From Gaiellales bacterium (GTDB lineage: Bacteria > Actinomycetota > Thermoleophilia > BMS3ABIN01): a DNA stretch of 64,000 nucleotides. The notes under the pieces were generated by a model. It had not been told where the DNA came from, did not search any database, and worked only from the letters and a program-made list of their open reading frames with translations. Every line of letters starts with the position of its first letter. The first letter of the stretch is position 1. The stretch spans positions 12,078 to 76,077 of the forward strand of contig QZKG01000029.1 of assembly GCA_003599855.1 (NCBI GenBank), in the 5' to 3' direction. Made by a program: the position numbers and the translations under genes. Shown piece after piece: positions 36,401-45,974 of this stretch.

Positions 36401-37349
36401 CGCCGATGCTCTGGTGGATCGAGCGGATGTTGGCTTTCTCGCGCTCGAGCTGCCTGGTCCGCTCATCCAGCGCCCTGGCCATCGTGTTAAAGGTCCTGCC
36501 GAGTCGGGAGAGCTCACTCGAGCCGCTGGCGTCCACCTGCTGCGCAAGGTCGCCATCGGCCATCCTGCGCGCCGCCGCTGCCATCTGCCGCACCGGCGAG
36601 ACCAGCCTCCGGGCAAAGAAGAAAGCGGCGCCCAGGCCGGCCAGCATCGCAGCGCCCGTCGCTCCCAGGGCAATCAGGTTGGCATTGCGGGCGGCCACTT
36701 CCTGGTCTCGCAGGGTCTTTTCCCTGTCTACTTCCAGCAGCGATTCGATGCGGTCATCTATAGCCTGCATCCGTCCTATCTCGGACTCGACTTCGTCCAT
36801 GAACAAATCCAGATCGACGCCGACAGCGCCTCTGCCGGGCATGATCACCCCCTGGTCCACCAGGCCCTGCACCCGCTCCCCAAGCGCCATGAGTATTTCT
36901 TCACTTTCCGCATAAAGCCGTTCCTGCTCCCGGAAGGTAGCGCTGTCCTCTTCCGGGGTGCCCGACTCGGCGGAAACATGGGTGTCCCGGGACCAGTCAT
37001 GTTCAGATTGCGCCTCGGCCCAGGCGCTCTCGAACCCCAGGAACGACGAGGGGGTGCCACTCTCGATCATGTGGCGGATCGAGTACCTCATCCGAAGCGT
37101 CGCTTCCTTCATGCTCCCGAGGGCGATCATCGACTCGTCGTGCAGGCGCGCCTCGCGCGCGAGGCTGTTGACGTTATTCTGTGCCTGCAGGAATGCCGTG
37201 AGAGATAAACCGGCGGCGATGACAGCAGCGATAAGCGCCGGCGTCGCCACCCTCAACGTCAGGCTGGTCCTGACCCTGTTCAGGAATGAATGATAGTTAC
37301 GCATGGCATCAGAAGGCAGCCGGACTTTTTGGACATGCTGCCGCCACAT
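33441..37349 (-). CDS. hybrid sensor histidine kinase/response regulator (TM-HAMP-PAS[Cys-rich insert]-GAF-GAF-PAS-HisKA-HATPase-REC)
   Basis: 1302 aa. HAMP around residues 245-300. H-box [12 protein letters not shown]-boxes DSGPGI and GTGLGLS. REC domain LLVDDE...SDIKMP...K. Confidence 0.9.
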   Translation of the reverse strand: MWRQHVQKVRLPSDAMRNYHSFLNRVRTSLTLRVATPALIAAVIAAGLSLTAFLQAQNNVNSLAREARLHDESMIALGSMKEATLRMRYSIRHMIESGTPSSFLGFESAWAEAQSEHDWSRDTHVSAESGTPEEDSATFREQERLYAESEEILMALGERVQGLVDQGVIMPGRGAVGVDLDLFMDEVESEIGRMQAIDDRIESLLEVDREKTLRDQEVAARNANLIALGATGAAMLAGLGAAFFFARRLVSPVRQMAAAARRMADGDLAQQVDASGSSELSRLGRTFNTMARALDERTRQLEREKANIRSIHQSIGDGIIVLDNAGVIASLNPAAEKALGRTAIELEGGKEVGVPALQELISLPSITPPEMRKCWEVKQCTHPECPSYESDDLRCWLQCGTYCHNQIQGTFRQKRDACERCDVFQANAVRQAELTLEGRRFSCGIIPVLDDEGQQVGRSVVLHDITEIHDTKKKLEKHSAELEELQGLTSAVTGTLDLEDTLKAGVGKIYKGGRFDAVAVFLLDEEGEGRLRLSAVEGFDSDAPEDLMFLDRRTAPIGVLESGEAIVFSDLRRLRRCPASLVGTGMRSAAIVPLKAEAGSVLGVLCLAKKQFDAFSEDDLRLLRLMAAQMSIAARNAMLYEERVRYSEQMLARNRIVSTLTSSLMFEDVFDTFAQEVRKLADYDRLSVTLLDENYARIEAIVAEKGAPLERGDRFPLPGSVLEWIVEHKEPVLRDDLLDEMRFSWDEMLAGTGVRSCANLPLIVKNRVIGTLNLCSLEKGHIDDGVVRELRPIVDQLALTLANQELFRHVAAAKAEWETTFDAVAEGIVVVDSEHRIVRLNRSAARMLGGSVKDFTGEPCRARFHGIICQDDACALAHSSPGMETVKFESGPANGRIFEVAIDPIFDNQGSFTGGVHFLRDITESKQMRQRMMTSEKMVAVGQLVSGVAHEINNPLTGITGYAQLLMMRDDIDEKTKKDAEAIAHEADRATRIVRQLLSFARKHQPERQPVNINEVIRDCVGLKGYDLKVNNVTLRTDLDSDLPEIAADRYQLQQVFLNLITNAEQAIHEQGKAGTLEISSSADSGIVRIAFTDSGPGIPAEIRNRLFDPFFTTKDVGKGTGLGLSVCYGIVEEHQGSIWAEGAPSGAGARFVVELPVGTVESGMLGPAEGVAAPVSGRVLLVDDEQSVREVLAETLRRVGHEVDVAGNGDDALKLIGTNDYDCVISDIKMPVMNGADLHLAVKSVNPDVAACFIFISGDTVNEETRKYLEEIGNPSLVKPFSLQALEEELQKMLRGRRKAA

Positions 37350-37490
37350 TCGATCTTTCTTCGGATTGCCCTTTCACTGCTCCCGCCCACCCCTGCATGG
37401 ATACGCTGCTGTTAATCCCCTATCGGCGGAAAGTGGCAGGAAATGAGGGTAATCGTGCCCGCGTCGAGGACGGGCAGGGCAAGCAGCGGG

Positions 37491-38738
37491 TCACTCCCTG
37501 AGCTGTCCCGCTCCCCGGATGACGTATTTCGACCCGGTCATCTCCTCGATCCCCATGGGGCCGCGGGGATAGACCTTGTCGGTGTTGATGCCGCTGGCGG
37601 GTCCGATGCCGAAGGGCAGGCCGTCGGTGAGGCGGGTCGATGCATTCCAGTAGGTGGCGGCGCTGTCGATGAGCGCGAGGAAACGCTCGGCCTGGGCGGC
37701 GTCCTCGGTTATGATGGCGTCGGCCAGGCCGGAATGATGGCGGCGTATGTGTTCGATGGCCTCGTCGAAGCCGGAGACCACCCTGAGCGACAGCACCAGG
37801 TCGAGGTACTCAGCGTCCCAGTCCGCATCGCTGGCCTGGCTCCATCCGGGCACGACCACCCGCGCCCTGTCATCGGCGCGCACCTCCACCCCGGCAGCGG
37901 CCAGGTTTTCCGCCAACGCGGGCAGCAGCTCGGCGGCTATCGCCTCGTCCACCAATACCGTTTCCACGGAGTTGCAGGTGCTCGGGCGGTTGGTCTTGGC
38001 GTTATTGATGACCCTGACCGCCATCTCCCGGTCGGCGCTCGCCTCTGCGTAGATATGGCAAAGTCCCCGATAATGCTTCATCACGGGTATCTTCGAGCTC
38101 TCCATCACGGCGCTGATCAGGCGATGGCTGCCCCGGGCGATCACCAGATCGATCACGCCGCCCAGGCCCAGGAGCTCAGCGACCGCCTCGCGGTCGGTGG
38201 TCTCTACGAACTGGATGGCACCGGCGGGCATGCCGGTGGCCGTCCCCGCCTCCGCCATGCAGCGGGCGAGAACGCTGTTAGAGTTGATGGCCTCGGAGCC
38301 GCCCCGCAGGATTATGCTGTTGCCAGCCTTGAGGCAGAGCGCGGCGGTATCAGTGGTCACGTTGGGGCGGGCTTCATAAACGATGCCGATGACGCCGATG
38401 GGCGTCCGCACCCGGGACATCTCCATGCCGTTGGCAGCCTTCCATGACCGGATGACCGTACCCACAGGGTCGTCGAGCAGAGCCACGTCACGCAGGTTGC
38501 TGGCCATAAGGCGGACCCTGTCTTCATTCAGCAGGAGGCGATCCAGCATGGCCCGCGTCAGACCTTTGGCTTCACCGGCTTCGATATCAAGCCTGTTGGC
38601 CGCCTCGATCTCGCCGAGACGGTCCTCCAGGGCATCCGCCATGGCGATGAGGCAGGCGTCCTTGATCCGGGTGGGCAGCACCGACAGTTCATGCGCTGCC
38701 TCTTTTGCCGCCCGTGCCTGTTCAGTAACCGTTGTCAC
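37491..38738 (-). CDS. proA: glutamate-5-semialdehyde dehydrogenase (gamma-glutamyl phosphate reductase)
   Basis: GTG 38738 after GGAGGG gives 415 aa. Family-typical VIGIVYEARPNVT and the catalytic Cys region TCNSVETVLV. Confidence 0.9.
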   Translation of the reverse strand: MTTVTEQARAAKEAAHELSVLPTRIKDACLIAMADALEDRLGEIEAANRLDIEAGEAKGLTRAMLDRLLLNEDRVRLMASNLRDVALLDDPVGTVIRSWKAANGMEMSRVRTPIGVIGIVYEARPNVTTDTAALCLKAGNSIILRGGSEAINSNSVLARCMAEAGTATGMPAGAIQFVETTDREAVAELLGLGGVIDLVIARGSHRLISAVMESSKIPVMKHYRGLCHIYAEASADREMAVRVINNAKTNRPSTCNSVETVLVDEAIAAELLPALAENLAAAGVEVRADDRARVVVPGWSQASDADWDAEYLDLVLSLRVVSGFDEAIEHIRRHHSGLADAIITEDAAQAERFLALIDSAATYWNASTRLTDGLPFGIGPASGINTDKVYPRGPMGIEEMTGSKYVIRGAGQLRE

Positions 38739-38806
38739 CTGTCTGATCCCTCCGCAGTTAACGAGCCTGCATATTATATAGGAAAGCCGGGCATGTGTGC
38801 CGCAGT

Positions 38807-38835
38807 TTGTCCTGGGCCTGACGATGCAATACAAT
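38807..38835 (+). promoter_or_regulatory. sigma70-like promoter TTGTCC-17-TACAAT for the aldolase gene
   Basis: Hexamers at 38807-38812 and 38830-38835, 45 nt upstream of ATG 38881 (SD AAAGGAGAG). Confidence 0.45.
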
Positions 38836-38880
38836 CATTAGGTTCGATTGAACCCTTTAACCGTCTGAAAGGAGAGCACG

Positions 38881-39837
38881 ATGGTCAGTGCCGCAGATAT
38901 CAATATACCGCTGGACGTCCCTCCAGCGATGCACGATGAGTACGTGGCCAATTTCAATCTCATGACCCATGGCACCGGGCGCCTGATGCTGTTCGCCGGG
39001 GACCAGAAAGTAGAGCACCTGAACAGCGACTTCGTGGGAGAGTACGAGCTGGGCCGGATCCCCGAGGACGACGCCGACCCCGAGCACATGTTCCGCGTCG
39101 CCGCCGGGTCGACCATCGGCGTCTACGCCACCCAGATGGGCATGATCAATATGTATGGCCGCGACTATTCCGACGTCAGCTACCTGGTCAAGCTGAACTC
39201 CAAGACCAACGCAGTCAAGGGCAAGACCATGGATCCCTTCAGCGACCAGTGGCTCAGCGTCCAGGACGTAGTGGACGTGAAGAGCGATTCCGGCCTCAGG
39301 ATCCCGGCGGTGGGTTACACCGTCTACGTCGGCAGCACCTACGAGCATGTCATGCTCACCCAGGCTGCCCGCCTGATCAACGACGCCCACAGGAACGGCA
39401 TGCTGGCGGTTCTCTGGATCTACCCCCGCGGCAAGGATATCCCTGACGAGAAGGATCCGCACCTGATCGCCGGCGCCACCGGCGTGGCTCTCTGCCTCGG
39501 GGCCGACTTCGTCAAGGTCAACTATCCCAAGGCAGAGGGCAAGGACTCGGCGGAGATCTTCAAGGAGGCCGTGATCGCGGCAGGCCGCACCCGCGTCGTC
39601 TGCGCCGGCGGCTCCTCCACGGACTCCCGCAAGTTCCTGCAGCAGCTGCACGACCAGATCCACGTCAGCGGCGCCCAGGGCAATGCCACCGGCCGCAACA
39701 TCCACCAGAAGCCCCACGATGAAGCCGTGCGCATGTGCAATGCGATCTCGGCCATCACCCTGGCAGGCATGTCTGTGGATGACGCCTTCGCCATCTACCA
39801 GGGCGAGAAGAGCCTTGAGTTCAAGGCGGCGGTATAG
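38881..39837 (+). CDS. DhnA-type class I aldolase (FbaB/DeoC-LacD family)
   Basis: 318 aa. GTGRLMLFAGDQKVEH, VKLN, LWIYPRG, GADFVKVNYP and GRNIHQ parallel E. coli FbaB blocks. Confidence 0.8.
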   Translation: MVSAADINIPLDVPPAMHDEYVANFNLMTHGTGRLMLFAGDQKVEHLNSDFVGEYELGRIPEDDADPEHMFRVAAGSTIGVYATQMGMINMYGRDYSDVSYLVKLNSKTNAVKGKTMDPFSDQWLSVQDVVDVKSDSGLRIPAVGYTVYVGSTYEHVMLTQAARLINDAHRNGMLAVLWIYPRGKDIPDEKDPHLIAGATGVALCLGADFVKVNYPKAEGKDSAEIFKEAVIAAGRTRVVCAGGSSTDSRKFLQQLHDQIHVSGAQGNATGRNIHQKPHDEAVRMCNAISAITLAGMSVDDAFAIYQGEKSLEFKAAV

Positions 39838-39873
39838 CACACCGAGAACGTAGCGTGACAGGAGTTTTCCCTT

Positions 39874-39879
39874 TATACT
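39874..39879 (+). promoter_or_regulatory. -10 box TATACT placed for a leaderless amidohydrolase-larB transcript
   Basis: TATACT, then 7 nt, then GTG 39887. No SD. Confidence 0.35.
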
Positions 39880-39886
39880 GGGCTAC

Positions 39887-40735
39887 GTGATCCTTGATTG
39901 CCATACCCACGTTTTTCCGCCGGAGATAATAGCAAACCGCTCGCGTTTCCTCGAACGAGAGGACTGGTTCGCGCGCCTCTATAGCAGCGAGAAGGCGCGC
40001 ATGGCCAGCGCCGAAGGGCTGATCGAGGAGATGGACCGCTGCGGCGTGGACAAGGCTGTCGCCTGCGGCTTCGCCTGGAATGATTTCGGCCTCTACGCAG
40101 AGACCAACTCCTATATCGCTGATGCGGTGTCCCGCTTCCCCGAACGCCTCATCGGTTTTGCCAACGTGCCACCGCTGCATCCCGGAGCCCTGGAAGAACT
40201 GGAGCGCTGCGACAGCCTGGGGTTGAAGGGGATCGGCGAGCTCAAGCCGTTCGGGCAGGGCTTCGACCTGAGCGAGGACATCGACAGGCTCAGGTTCCTG
40301 GCGGAGTTCGCGGCAGCCAAAGGGATGCCCCTGCTGATCCACCTGAGCGAGCCTGTCGGCAAGGACTATCCCGGCAAGGGTGGCACTTCACCCCGCAAAG
40401 GCTATCATTTTGCCAGACTCTTCCCTGACCTGAAGCTCATTTTCGCCCATTGGGGCGGCGGTCTCCTCTTTTACGAACTGATGCCGGATGTCCACCAGGA
40501 TCTATCCAACGTCTACTATGACTGCTCGGCGAGCCCTTATCTATACGACACCGATGTCTATAAGCTGGCTTTCTCCCTGCCCTGCGAGGACCGGCTGCTG
40601 TTCGCCAGCGACTACCCTCTGATGCGGATGGACCGCTGCCTGGAGGAGGTCCGCTCGGCAGGCCTCGCCTGCGATCAACTGGATGCGTTCATGGGCGGCA
40701 ACGCCGCTGCTCTTTTCGGAGAGGGGCCCCTGTGA
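39887..40735 (+). CDS. amidohydrolase-2 family metal-dependent hydrolase (TIM barrel)
   Basis: 282 aa. MILDCHTHVFP N-terminal HxH, later HWGGG and SDYP motifs. Confidence 0.8.
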   Translation: MILDCHTHVFPPEIIANRSRFLEREDWFARLYSSEKARMASAEGLIEEMDRCGVDKAVACGFAWNDFGLYAETNSYIADAVSRFPERLIGFANVPPLHPGALEELERCDSLGLKGIGELKPFGQGFDLSEDIDRLRFLAEFAAAKGMPLLIHLSEPVGKDYPGKGGTSPRKGYHFARLFPDLKLIFAHWGGGLLFYELMPDVHQDLSNVYYDCSASPYLYDTDVYKLAFSLPCEDRLLFASDYPLMRMDRCLEEVRSAGLACDQLDAFMGGNAAALFGEGPL

Positions 40736-41514
40736 GCCTGCGAGAGGTCCTTGAACAGCTTTCCCGGGGGGAGATCACCGTGGACGAGGCCGCCTCGCAG
40801 CTGGCCGTGTCAGGGATAGCCGCCCTGGATGATTTCGCCCGGCTCGACATCGGCCGCCACGGCCGCAAGGGCATTCCCGAAGTCGTCTATGCGCCAGGCA
40901 AGTCGGTAGAACAGCTTCTGGGGATCTGCGGTTCCCTGCTGGAACACTCAGGGCGGGCGATCTTGAGCGGCATCGACAACGGCCAGCTTCATGCGGTGGA
41001 TCAGGCCTTCGGCGACAAGGTCGCGGTGGCTGTGGAAGAGGCTGGCTGCCTGGTGCTGCGAGAACCAGGCCACGATCCAGGGCCGACCGGCGGCAGGATC
41101 GGCATCCTTTCAGCCGGCACGGCGGACATCCGGGTGGCGGAACAGGCACGGGTCATCGCCGAGGAGATGGGCTGCGAAGTCATCAAGGCCTATGACGTCG
41201 GCGTCGCCGGTGTTCACCGGCTGCTCGAACCGCTCAGGCAAATGGTTGAAGCCAGGGCCGGGGCCCTGGTGGTTGCTGCGGGCATGGAGGGGGCGCTTCC
41301 TTCGGTGGTCGCCGGCCTGGTGCCGGTGCCCGTGATAGGGCTGCCAACATCCACCGGCTACGGTTTCGGCGGTGACGGGGTGGCCGCGCTCATGTCCATG
41401 TTGCAGAGTTGCTGTCCCGGTCTCGTGGCGGTTAACATCGACAACGGCGTCGGCGCCGGGGCCACCGCGGCGCTGATAGCCAACAACGCTGCCACGGTTA
41501 ACGCCCCGCGATAG
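40732..41514 (+). CDS. larB: nickel-pincer cofactor biosynthesis protein LarB (AIR-carboxylase-like)
   Basis: GTG overlaps the upstream stop (GTGA). LSRGEITVDEAASQL N-terminus, GIPEVVYAPGK, GILSAGTADIRVAEQA and AGMEGALPSVVAG motifs. Confidence 0.85.
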   Translation: MSLREVLEQLSRGEITVDEAASQLAVSGIAALDDFARLDIGRHGRKGIPEVVYAPGKSVEQLLGICGSLLEHSGRAILSGIDNGQLHAVDQAFGDKVAVAVEEAGCLVLREPGHDPGPTGGRIGILSAGTADIRVAEQARVIAEEMGCEVIKAYDVGVAGVHRLLEPLRQMVEARAGALVVAAGMEGALPSVVAGLVPVPVIGLPTSTGYGFGGDGVAALMSMLQSCCPGLVAVNIDNGVGAGATAALIANNAATVNAPR

Positions 41515-41572
41515 GCTCTGGCGCCTCAAGTCACCTCTCCCGGCTCCGATATTCTCAGTAACCAGCCGCAAC

Positions 41573-42082
41573 ATGCAACAACACCGGGGGAACCTGCCTG
41601 TGGTCGCACCAAAACTGTTACTTGTGCTTCGTGAGAATTTTGAAGAGGTCATCAGCCGCTGGTTGGACGGCTGCGAAGGGCGCATAGCCGAGGAGTTCGA
41701 GCAGTTGCTAAGAACCCCCATGGGCCATAGCTTCGGCGCCTCCATGTACAAGCTGGCGCTCCGCTACCTGGAGGCCGAGGAATATGAGACTGACGGCATC
41801 CTGAGAGAAATACGCAGCTGCGCCAGCGACGCATCTTTCCGCCGCGCCGCAGTCGGTTTCGGCCTGCCGGACATTATCAGGACCGCCACCGCCTTCCGCG
41901 AGGCGATGCAACAGACGCTCCTGAACCATTACTGCTCCGGCGACTCTGACGGCGAGGCCCTTCTGGAATGCTTTGCCCTGCTGACCAGCCTCGGCGACGC
42001 CATGGTCGAGGGGGAAGTCGCCGGCTTCTTCGTCTTCAGCAAGTTCGGCGATGACGACGAAGAGATGGCAGAGGCTGTCTAG
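41573..42082 (+). CDS. hypothetical helical protein
   Basis: 169 aa with an acidic C-terminus. No family assigned. Start uncertain (GTG ~41600 has a better SD). Confidence 0.5.
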   Translation: MQQHRGNLPVVAPKLLLVLRENFEEVISRWLDGCEGRIAEEFEQLLRTPMGHSFGASMYKLALRYLEAEEYETDGILREIRSCASDASFRRAAVGFGLPDIIRTATAFREAMQQTLLNHYCSGDSDGEALLECFALLTSLGDAMVEGEVAGFFVFSKFGDDDEEMAEAV

Positions 42083-42085
42083 CCC

Positions 42086-43075
42086 TTAAAACAGCGTCAG
42101 TCCTTCTTCCCGCCAGACTCCCATCCGCCGGTATTTCTCGAAACGCTCTTTCTTTCTTTGCAGCGGCGATACCGTTTCCAGCTCCCGCAGGCTGTCTTCC
42201 AGCGCCTCCTTGAGGATGCGGGCTGCCCCTGCGTAATCCTTGTGAGCCCCTCCGCGCGGCTCGGGCAGCACTTCATCGACGACCTCCAGCTCTTCCAGGT
42301 CGGCGGAAGTCAGCTTCAGTGAAGTGGCGGCTTGCTGCGCTTCGGATGAGTCACGCCAGAGGATGGCAGCGCAGGCTTCCGGGGTGATCACGGAGTAGAT
42401 CGAGTTCTCCAGCATCATGACCCGGTCAGCCAGCGCCAGGGCCAGCGCGCCGCCGCTGCCACCCTCGCCGATGATGACCGCAACCGTGGGGACCTGCAGC
42501 TTTGCCATGCACATCAGCGATGTGGCGATGGCGCTGCCCTGGCCTCGCTCCTCGGCGGCCACCCCGGGAAATGCGCCAGGTGTATCTACCAGGGTCAGGA
42601 CCGGTATATGGAACTTGTCCGCCAGACGCATCAGCCTCTGTGCCTTGCGATAGCCTTCCGGTTTGGGCATTCCGAAATTCCGGTAGGTGCGCGAGGGCAG
42701 GTCCCGCCCTTTCTGATGGCCGATCACCATGATGGTCCTCCCCTGGTACGCCGCCAGCCCGCCCACGATGGCGGGGTCGTCTGCGAACAGCCTGTCCCCC
42801 TTCAGCTCGATGAAGCCGGGGAACATATGCTCGATGTAATCAAGGGTATAAGGACGCTTGGGGTGCCTCGCCAGCTCGACCTTCTCCCAGGACGCCTTGT
42901 CCGGCTGCCGGCCGCGACCGAGCTCCATCAGGCGGTTACTGATCTTCGCGATCTCGTCCTTTAAATGCACGCCAGGGAGCGTTGGCAATCGCCTTAACTC
43001 GGTCAAGCGCTTCCGCAAACGCCCCTCCTCTTCCTGCAGGGCGCGCTTTTTCTTCCCAAAGGGGTTCGAGGGCAC
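42086..43075 (-). CDS. accA: acetyl-CoA carboxylase carboxyltransferase alpha subunit
   Basis: 329 aa. GTG 43075 after GGAGGGAGG. ARHPKRPYTLDYI and GEGGSGGALA motifs. Confidence 0.93.
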   Translation of the reverse strand: MPSNPFGKKKRALQEEEGRLRKRLTELRRLPTLPGVHLKDEIAKISNRLMELGRGRQPDKASWEKVELARHPKRPYTLDYIEHMFPGFIELKGDRLFADDPAIVGGLAAYQGRTIMVIGHQKGRDLPSRTYRNFGMPKPEGYRKAQRLMRLADKFHIPVLTLVDTPGAFPGVAAEERGQGSAIATSLMCMAKLQVPTVAVIIGEGGSGGALALALADRVMMLENSIYSVITPEACAAILWRDSSEAQQAATSLKLTSADLEELEVVDEVLPEPRGGAHKDYAGAARILKEALEDSLRELETVSPLQRKKERFEKYRRMGVWREEGLTLF

Positions 43076-43913
43076 AGGCTACACCTCCCTCCAGCATTCC
43101 CAGGATCTGGACCAGGCGGTCCTTGAGCTCGTTGCGGGGGATAATGATATCGACCTGGCCATGGGCCATGTTGGACTCGGCGCGGCCGAAGTCCTCCGGG
43201 AGCTTTTCCTTGATGGTCTGTTCTATCACCCGCGGCCCGGAAAAACAGAGCAGGGACCCGGGCTCGGCGACGATCACATCAGCCAGCGTCGCAAAGCTGG
43301 CCAGTACGCCGCCGGTGGTCGGATGGGTCAGCACGCTGACGAAGGGGATGCGGGCCTCGCCAAGCAGCTCCACGGCACAGGTGGTCTTGGCCATCTGCAG
43401 CAGCGACAGGATCCCTTCCTGCATCCGGGCTCCTCCCGAAGCAGAGAAAACAAGCAGCGGATACCTGTTCTCGATTGCAGCTTCAGCGGCGCGCCAGAAC
43501 TTCTCACCCACGACGCTGCCCATGCTGCCACCCATGAAACCGAACTCCATGACTGCCAGCACCACGTCCATCTTGTGGATCCTGGCTGTGCCGGTCACGA
43601 TCGCCTCGTTGAGCCCGGTTTCGCTCTCGGCCTCGTCGATGCGGTCGCCGTAAAGCCTCACGTCGAAGAATTCCAGGGGGTCGGCGGAGCGCAGGTGGGG
43701 CGCCAACTCGTTCCAGGTGCCCTCGTCGGCCAGCTGCGCCACCCGCTGCCGGGCGGAGACTCGCAGGTGGTGGCCGCAATGATGGCATACCCTGAGGTTG
43801 CTCTCCAGCTCTTCGCTGGTCAGGAGCTCCTTGCAGGACGGGCAGCTCTCACCGCCCTTGATGCTGCCGTTGGGCCCGCGATGGCTTATGTCGACTGAAA
43901 CCTTGTTGGCCAT
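42936..43913 (-). CDS. accD: acetyl-CoA carboxylase carboxyltransferase beta subunit
   Basis: 325 aa. N-terminal zinc ribbon CPSC...CHHCGHH and the GGARMQEG motif. The 3' end overlaps accA by 140 nt. Confidence 0.93.
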   Translation of the reverse strand: MANKVSVDISHRGPNGSIKGGESCPSCKELLTSEELESNLRVCHHCGHHLRVSARQRVAQLADEGTWNELAPHLRSADPLEFFDVRLYGDRIDEAESETGLNEAIVTGTARIHKMDVVLAVMEFGFMGGSMGSVVGEKFWRAAEAAIENRYPLLVFSASGGARMQEGILSLLQMAKTTCAVELLGEARIPFVSVLTHPTTGGVLASFATLADVIVAEPGSLLCFSGPRVIEQTIKEKLPEDFGRAESNMAHGQVDIIIPRNELKDRLVQILGMLEGGVACALEPLWEEKARPAGRGGAFAEALDRVKAIANAPWRAFKGRDREDQ

Positions 43914-43925
43914 GTCTGGTACTCG

Positions 43926-45161
43926 TCAGTGAGTGCGAAAGACCAGCGTAGCATTATGGCCACCAAAACCGAAGGAATTCGATGCGGCGACCCTGACCTC
44001 GCTCTCCCGGGCGTGGTTGGGCACGTAATCCAGGTCGCAGGCCGGGTCCGGGTGCTCCAGGTTGATCGTCGGAGGGATGACGCCGCGATCGATGGCCAGG
44101 ACGCATGCTGCTGCCTCCAGTGCGCCCGAGGCGCCCAGGCAATGGCCCATCATCGACTTGGTGGAGCTGACGGCAACGCTGTCAGCGCTGTCTCCCAGCG
44201 CCATCCTGATGGCGCGGGTCTCGATCTCGTCGCCCAGGGGGGTCGAGGTGCCGTGGGCATTGATATAGTCCACCTCTGACGGTTCTATGCCCGCAGAGGC
44301 GATGGCGTTGGTCATCGCCCGGGCAGCCGCCTTGCCGGTGGGTTCGGGAGCGCTGATGTGGTAGGCGTCGGCGCTCATGCCGTACCCGATCATCTCCGCG
44401 TACACCTTGGCGCCACGGGCCTCGGCACGGTCCAGGTCCTCGAGGACCAGAACGGCGGAGCCCTCCCCCATGACAAATCCGTCGCGCTCGCTGTCGAAGG
44501 GGCGGCTGGCCTTCTCCGGCTCGTCGTTGCGCTCCGACAGCGCTTTCATCGATGCGAAGGCAGCAATGCCTATGGGCGTCACCGCCGCCTCGCTGCCGCC
44601 GGCCAGCATCACGTCCGCCGCCCCCCGGCGGATAATCTCGAAAGCGTCGCCAATGGCGTTGCTGCCGGCTGTGCAGGCAGTGCAGATCGTGCTCACCGGC
44701 CCCTGGGCGCCCAGCTCGATCGACACCTGGGCTGAGGCCATGTTGGCGATCTCCATGGGGATGAACAGAGGGCTGATACGGTCCGGCCCCTTGTTGAGCA
44801 GCACCTCTACTTCCTTCTCAAAAGTCCTGACGCCACCGATGCCGCTGGCGACGACGACGCCGATCCGTTCCGGGTCCGCGCTGATGTCGAGCCCGGCATC
44901 CTCGGTGGCCAGCTTCGCTGCTGACACTGAGAGCTGTGCGAAGCGGTCCATGCGCCGCGCAGCCTTCCGGTCGATGAAGTCGGTGGGTTCGAAGCCGGCG
45001 ACCTCGGCGGCGATCCTCACCCTGAAGCCTTCGGAGTCGAACAGGCTGATGGTGGCAATGCCTGACTTTCCCGCAGTCAGGGCTTGCCAGTAGGGCTCCA
45101 GGCCGATACCCAGCGCGGAGACTATCCCCAGGCCTGTCACAGCCACGCGCCTTTCGCTCAT
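43926..45161 (-). CDS. fabF: beta-ketoacyl-ACP synthase II
   Basis: 411 aa. Active-site TACTAGS, HGTSTP and GHCLGASG motifs. Confidence 0.95.
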   Translation of the reverse strand: MSERRVAVTGLGIVSALGIGLEPYWQALTAGKSGIATISLFDSEGFRVRIAAEVAGFEPTDFIDRKAARRMDRFAQLSVSAAKLATEDAGLDISADPERIGVVVASGIGGVRTFEKEVEVLLNKGPDRISPLFIPMEIANMASAQVSIELGAQGPVSTICTACTAGSNAIGDAFEIIRRGAADVMLAGGSEAAVTPIGIAAFASMKALSERNDEPEKASRPFDSERDGFVMGEGSAVLVLEDLDRAEARGAKVYAEMIGYGMSADAYHISAPEPTGKAAARAMTNAIASAGIEPSEVDYINAHGTSTPLGDEIETRAIRMALGDSADSVAVSSTKSMMGHCLGASGALEAAACVLAIDRGVIPPTINLEHPDPACDLDYVPNHARESEVRVAASNSFGFGGHNATLVFRTH

Positions 45162-45925
45162 ATGCCCATGCCTCCGTCGACCGGGATGGTCGCCCCTGTG
45201 ATGTACGAGGAAGCGGGCGAGGCCAGGAAAAGGATCACCGAAGCGATCTCGTCCGGTGTTGCCAGCCTGCCCAGGGGGGTGGCGGCGAGTATCTTCTCCT
45301 TGATGCTTTCGTCCAGGCCCTCGGTCATGGCCGTCTGGACATACCCGGGCGCGACCGCGTTCACGCGCACGCCGCGAGGCCCCAGCTCGCGGGCCAGGGA
45401 CTTCGTCAGGCCGATGATCCCGGCCTTGGCCGCGGCGTAGTTGGCCTGACCGGCATTGCCGCGCCGGCCGACGACGCTGGCAAGGTTGATGATGGAGCCG
45501 CCGCGGGCCTTCATCATGCCCCGGGCCACCGCCTTGCTGCAGAGGAAGGAGCCGCGCAGATGAGTGGCGATGACGGCGTCGAAATCCGCCTCGCTCATGC
45601 GCATCACCAGGCTGTCCCGGGTGATCCCGGCGTTATTCACCAAAATGGATACCTGGCCCAGGCCCTCTTCCACCTTCTGCACCATGGCCGTCACCTGCCC
45701 CGGGTCGGAGATGTCCGCCTGTACAGTGATGGCCCTGGCCCCCGCGGCCTTGAGCTCGCCGGCGAAGGCGTCGGCCTGGGTCATGTCGCCAAGATCATTG
45801 ACGGCCACCGCCGCACCGGCTGCCGCCAGAGCTTCAACCGTGGCGCGGCCGATGCCCCGGGCGGAGCCTGTAACCAGGGCCACCTCGCCCGCGAGCACCT
45901 TGTTAGCATCACTTGTGTTGTTCAA
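45158..45925 (-). CDS. fabG: 3-oxoacyl-ACP reductase
   Basis: TTG 45925 after AAGGA gives 255 aa. TGSARGIG, NNAG and YAAAKAG SDR motifs. Stop overlaps the fabF ATG (ATGA). Confidence 0.9.
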   Translation of the reverse strand: MNNTSDANKVLAGEVALVTGSARGIGRATVEALAAAGAAVAVNDLGDMTQADAFAGELKAAGARAITVQADISDPGQVTAMVQKVEEGLGQVSILVNNAGITRDSLVMRMSEADFDAVIATHLRGSFLCSKAVARGMMKARGGSIINLASVVGRRGNAGQANYAAAKAGIIGLTKSLARELGPRGVRVNAVAPGYVQTAMTEGLDESIKEKILAATPLGRLATPDEIASVILFLASPASSYITGATIPVDGGMGI

Positions 45926-45974
45926 TTTCTCGTCCTTTTCTGGTTGGCTTTGCCCACCGTCGCTTCTGTCCTGC

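Noticed and set aside
35166-37208. 680-aa plus-strand ORF
   Set aside because: Antisense to the hybrid histidine kinase, whose H-box, G-box and REC motifs are unambiguous on the minus strand.
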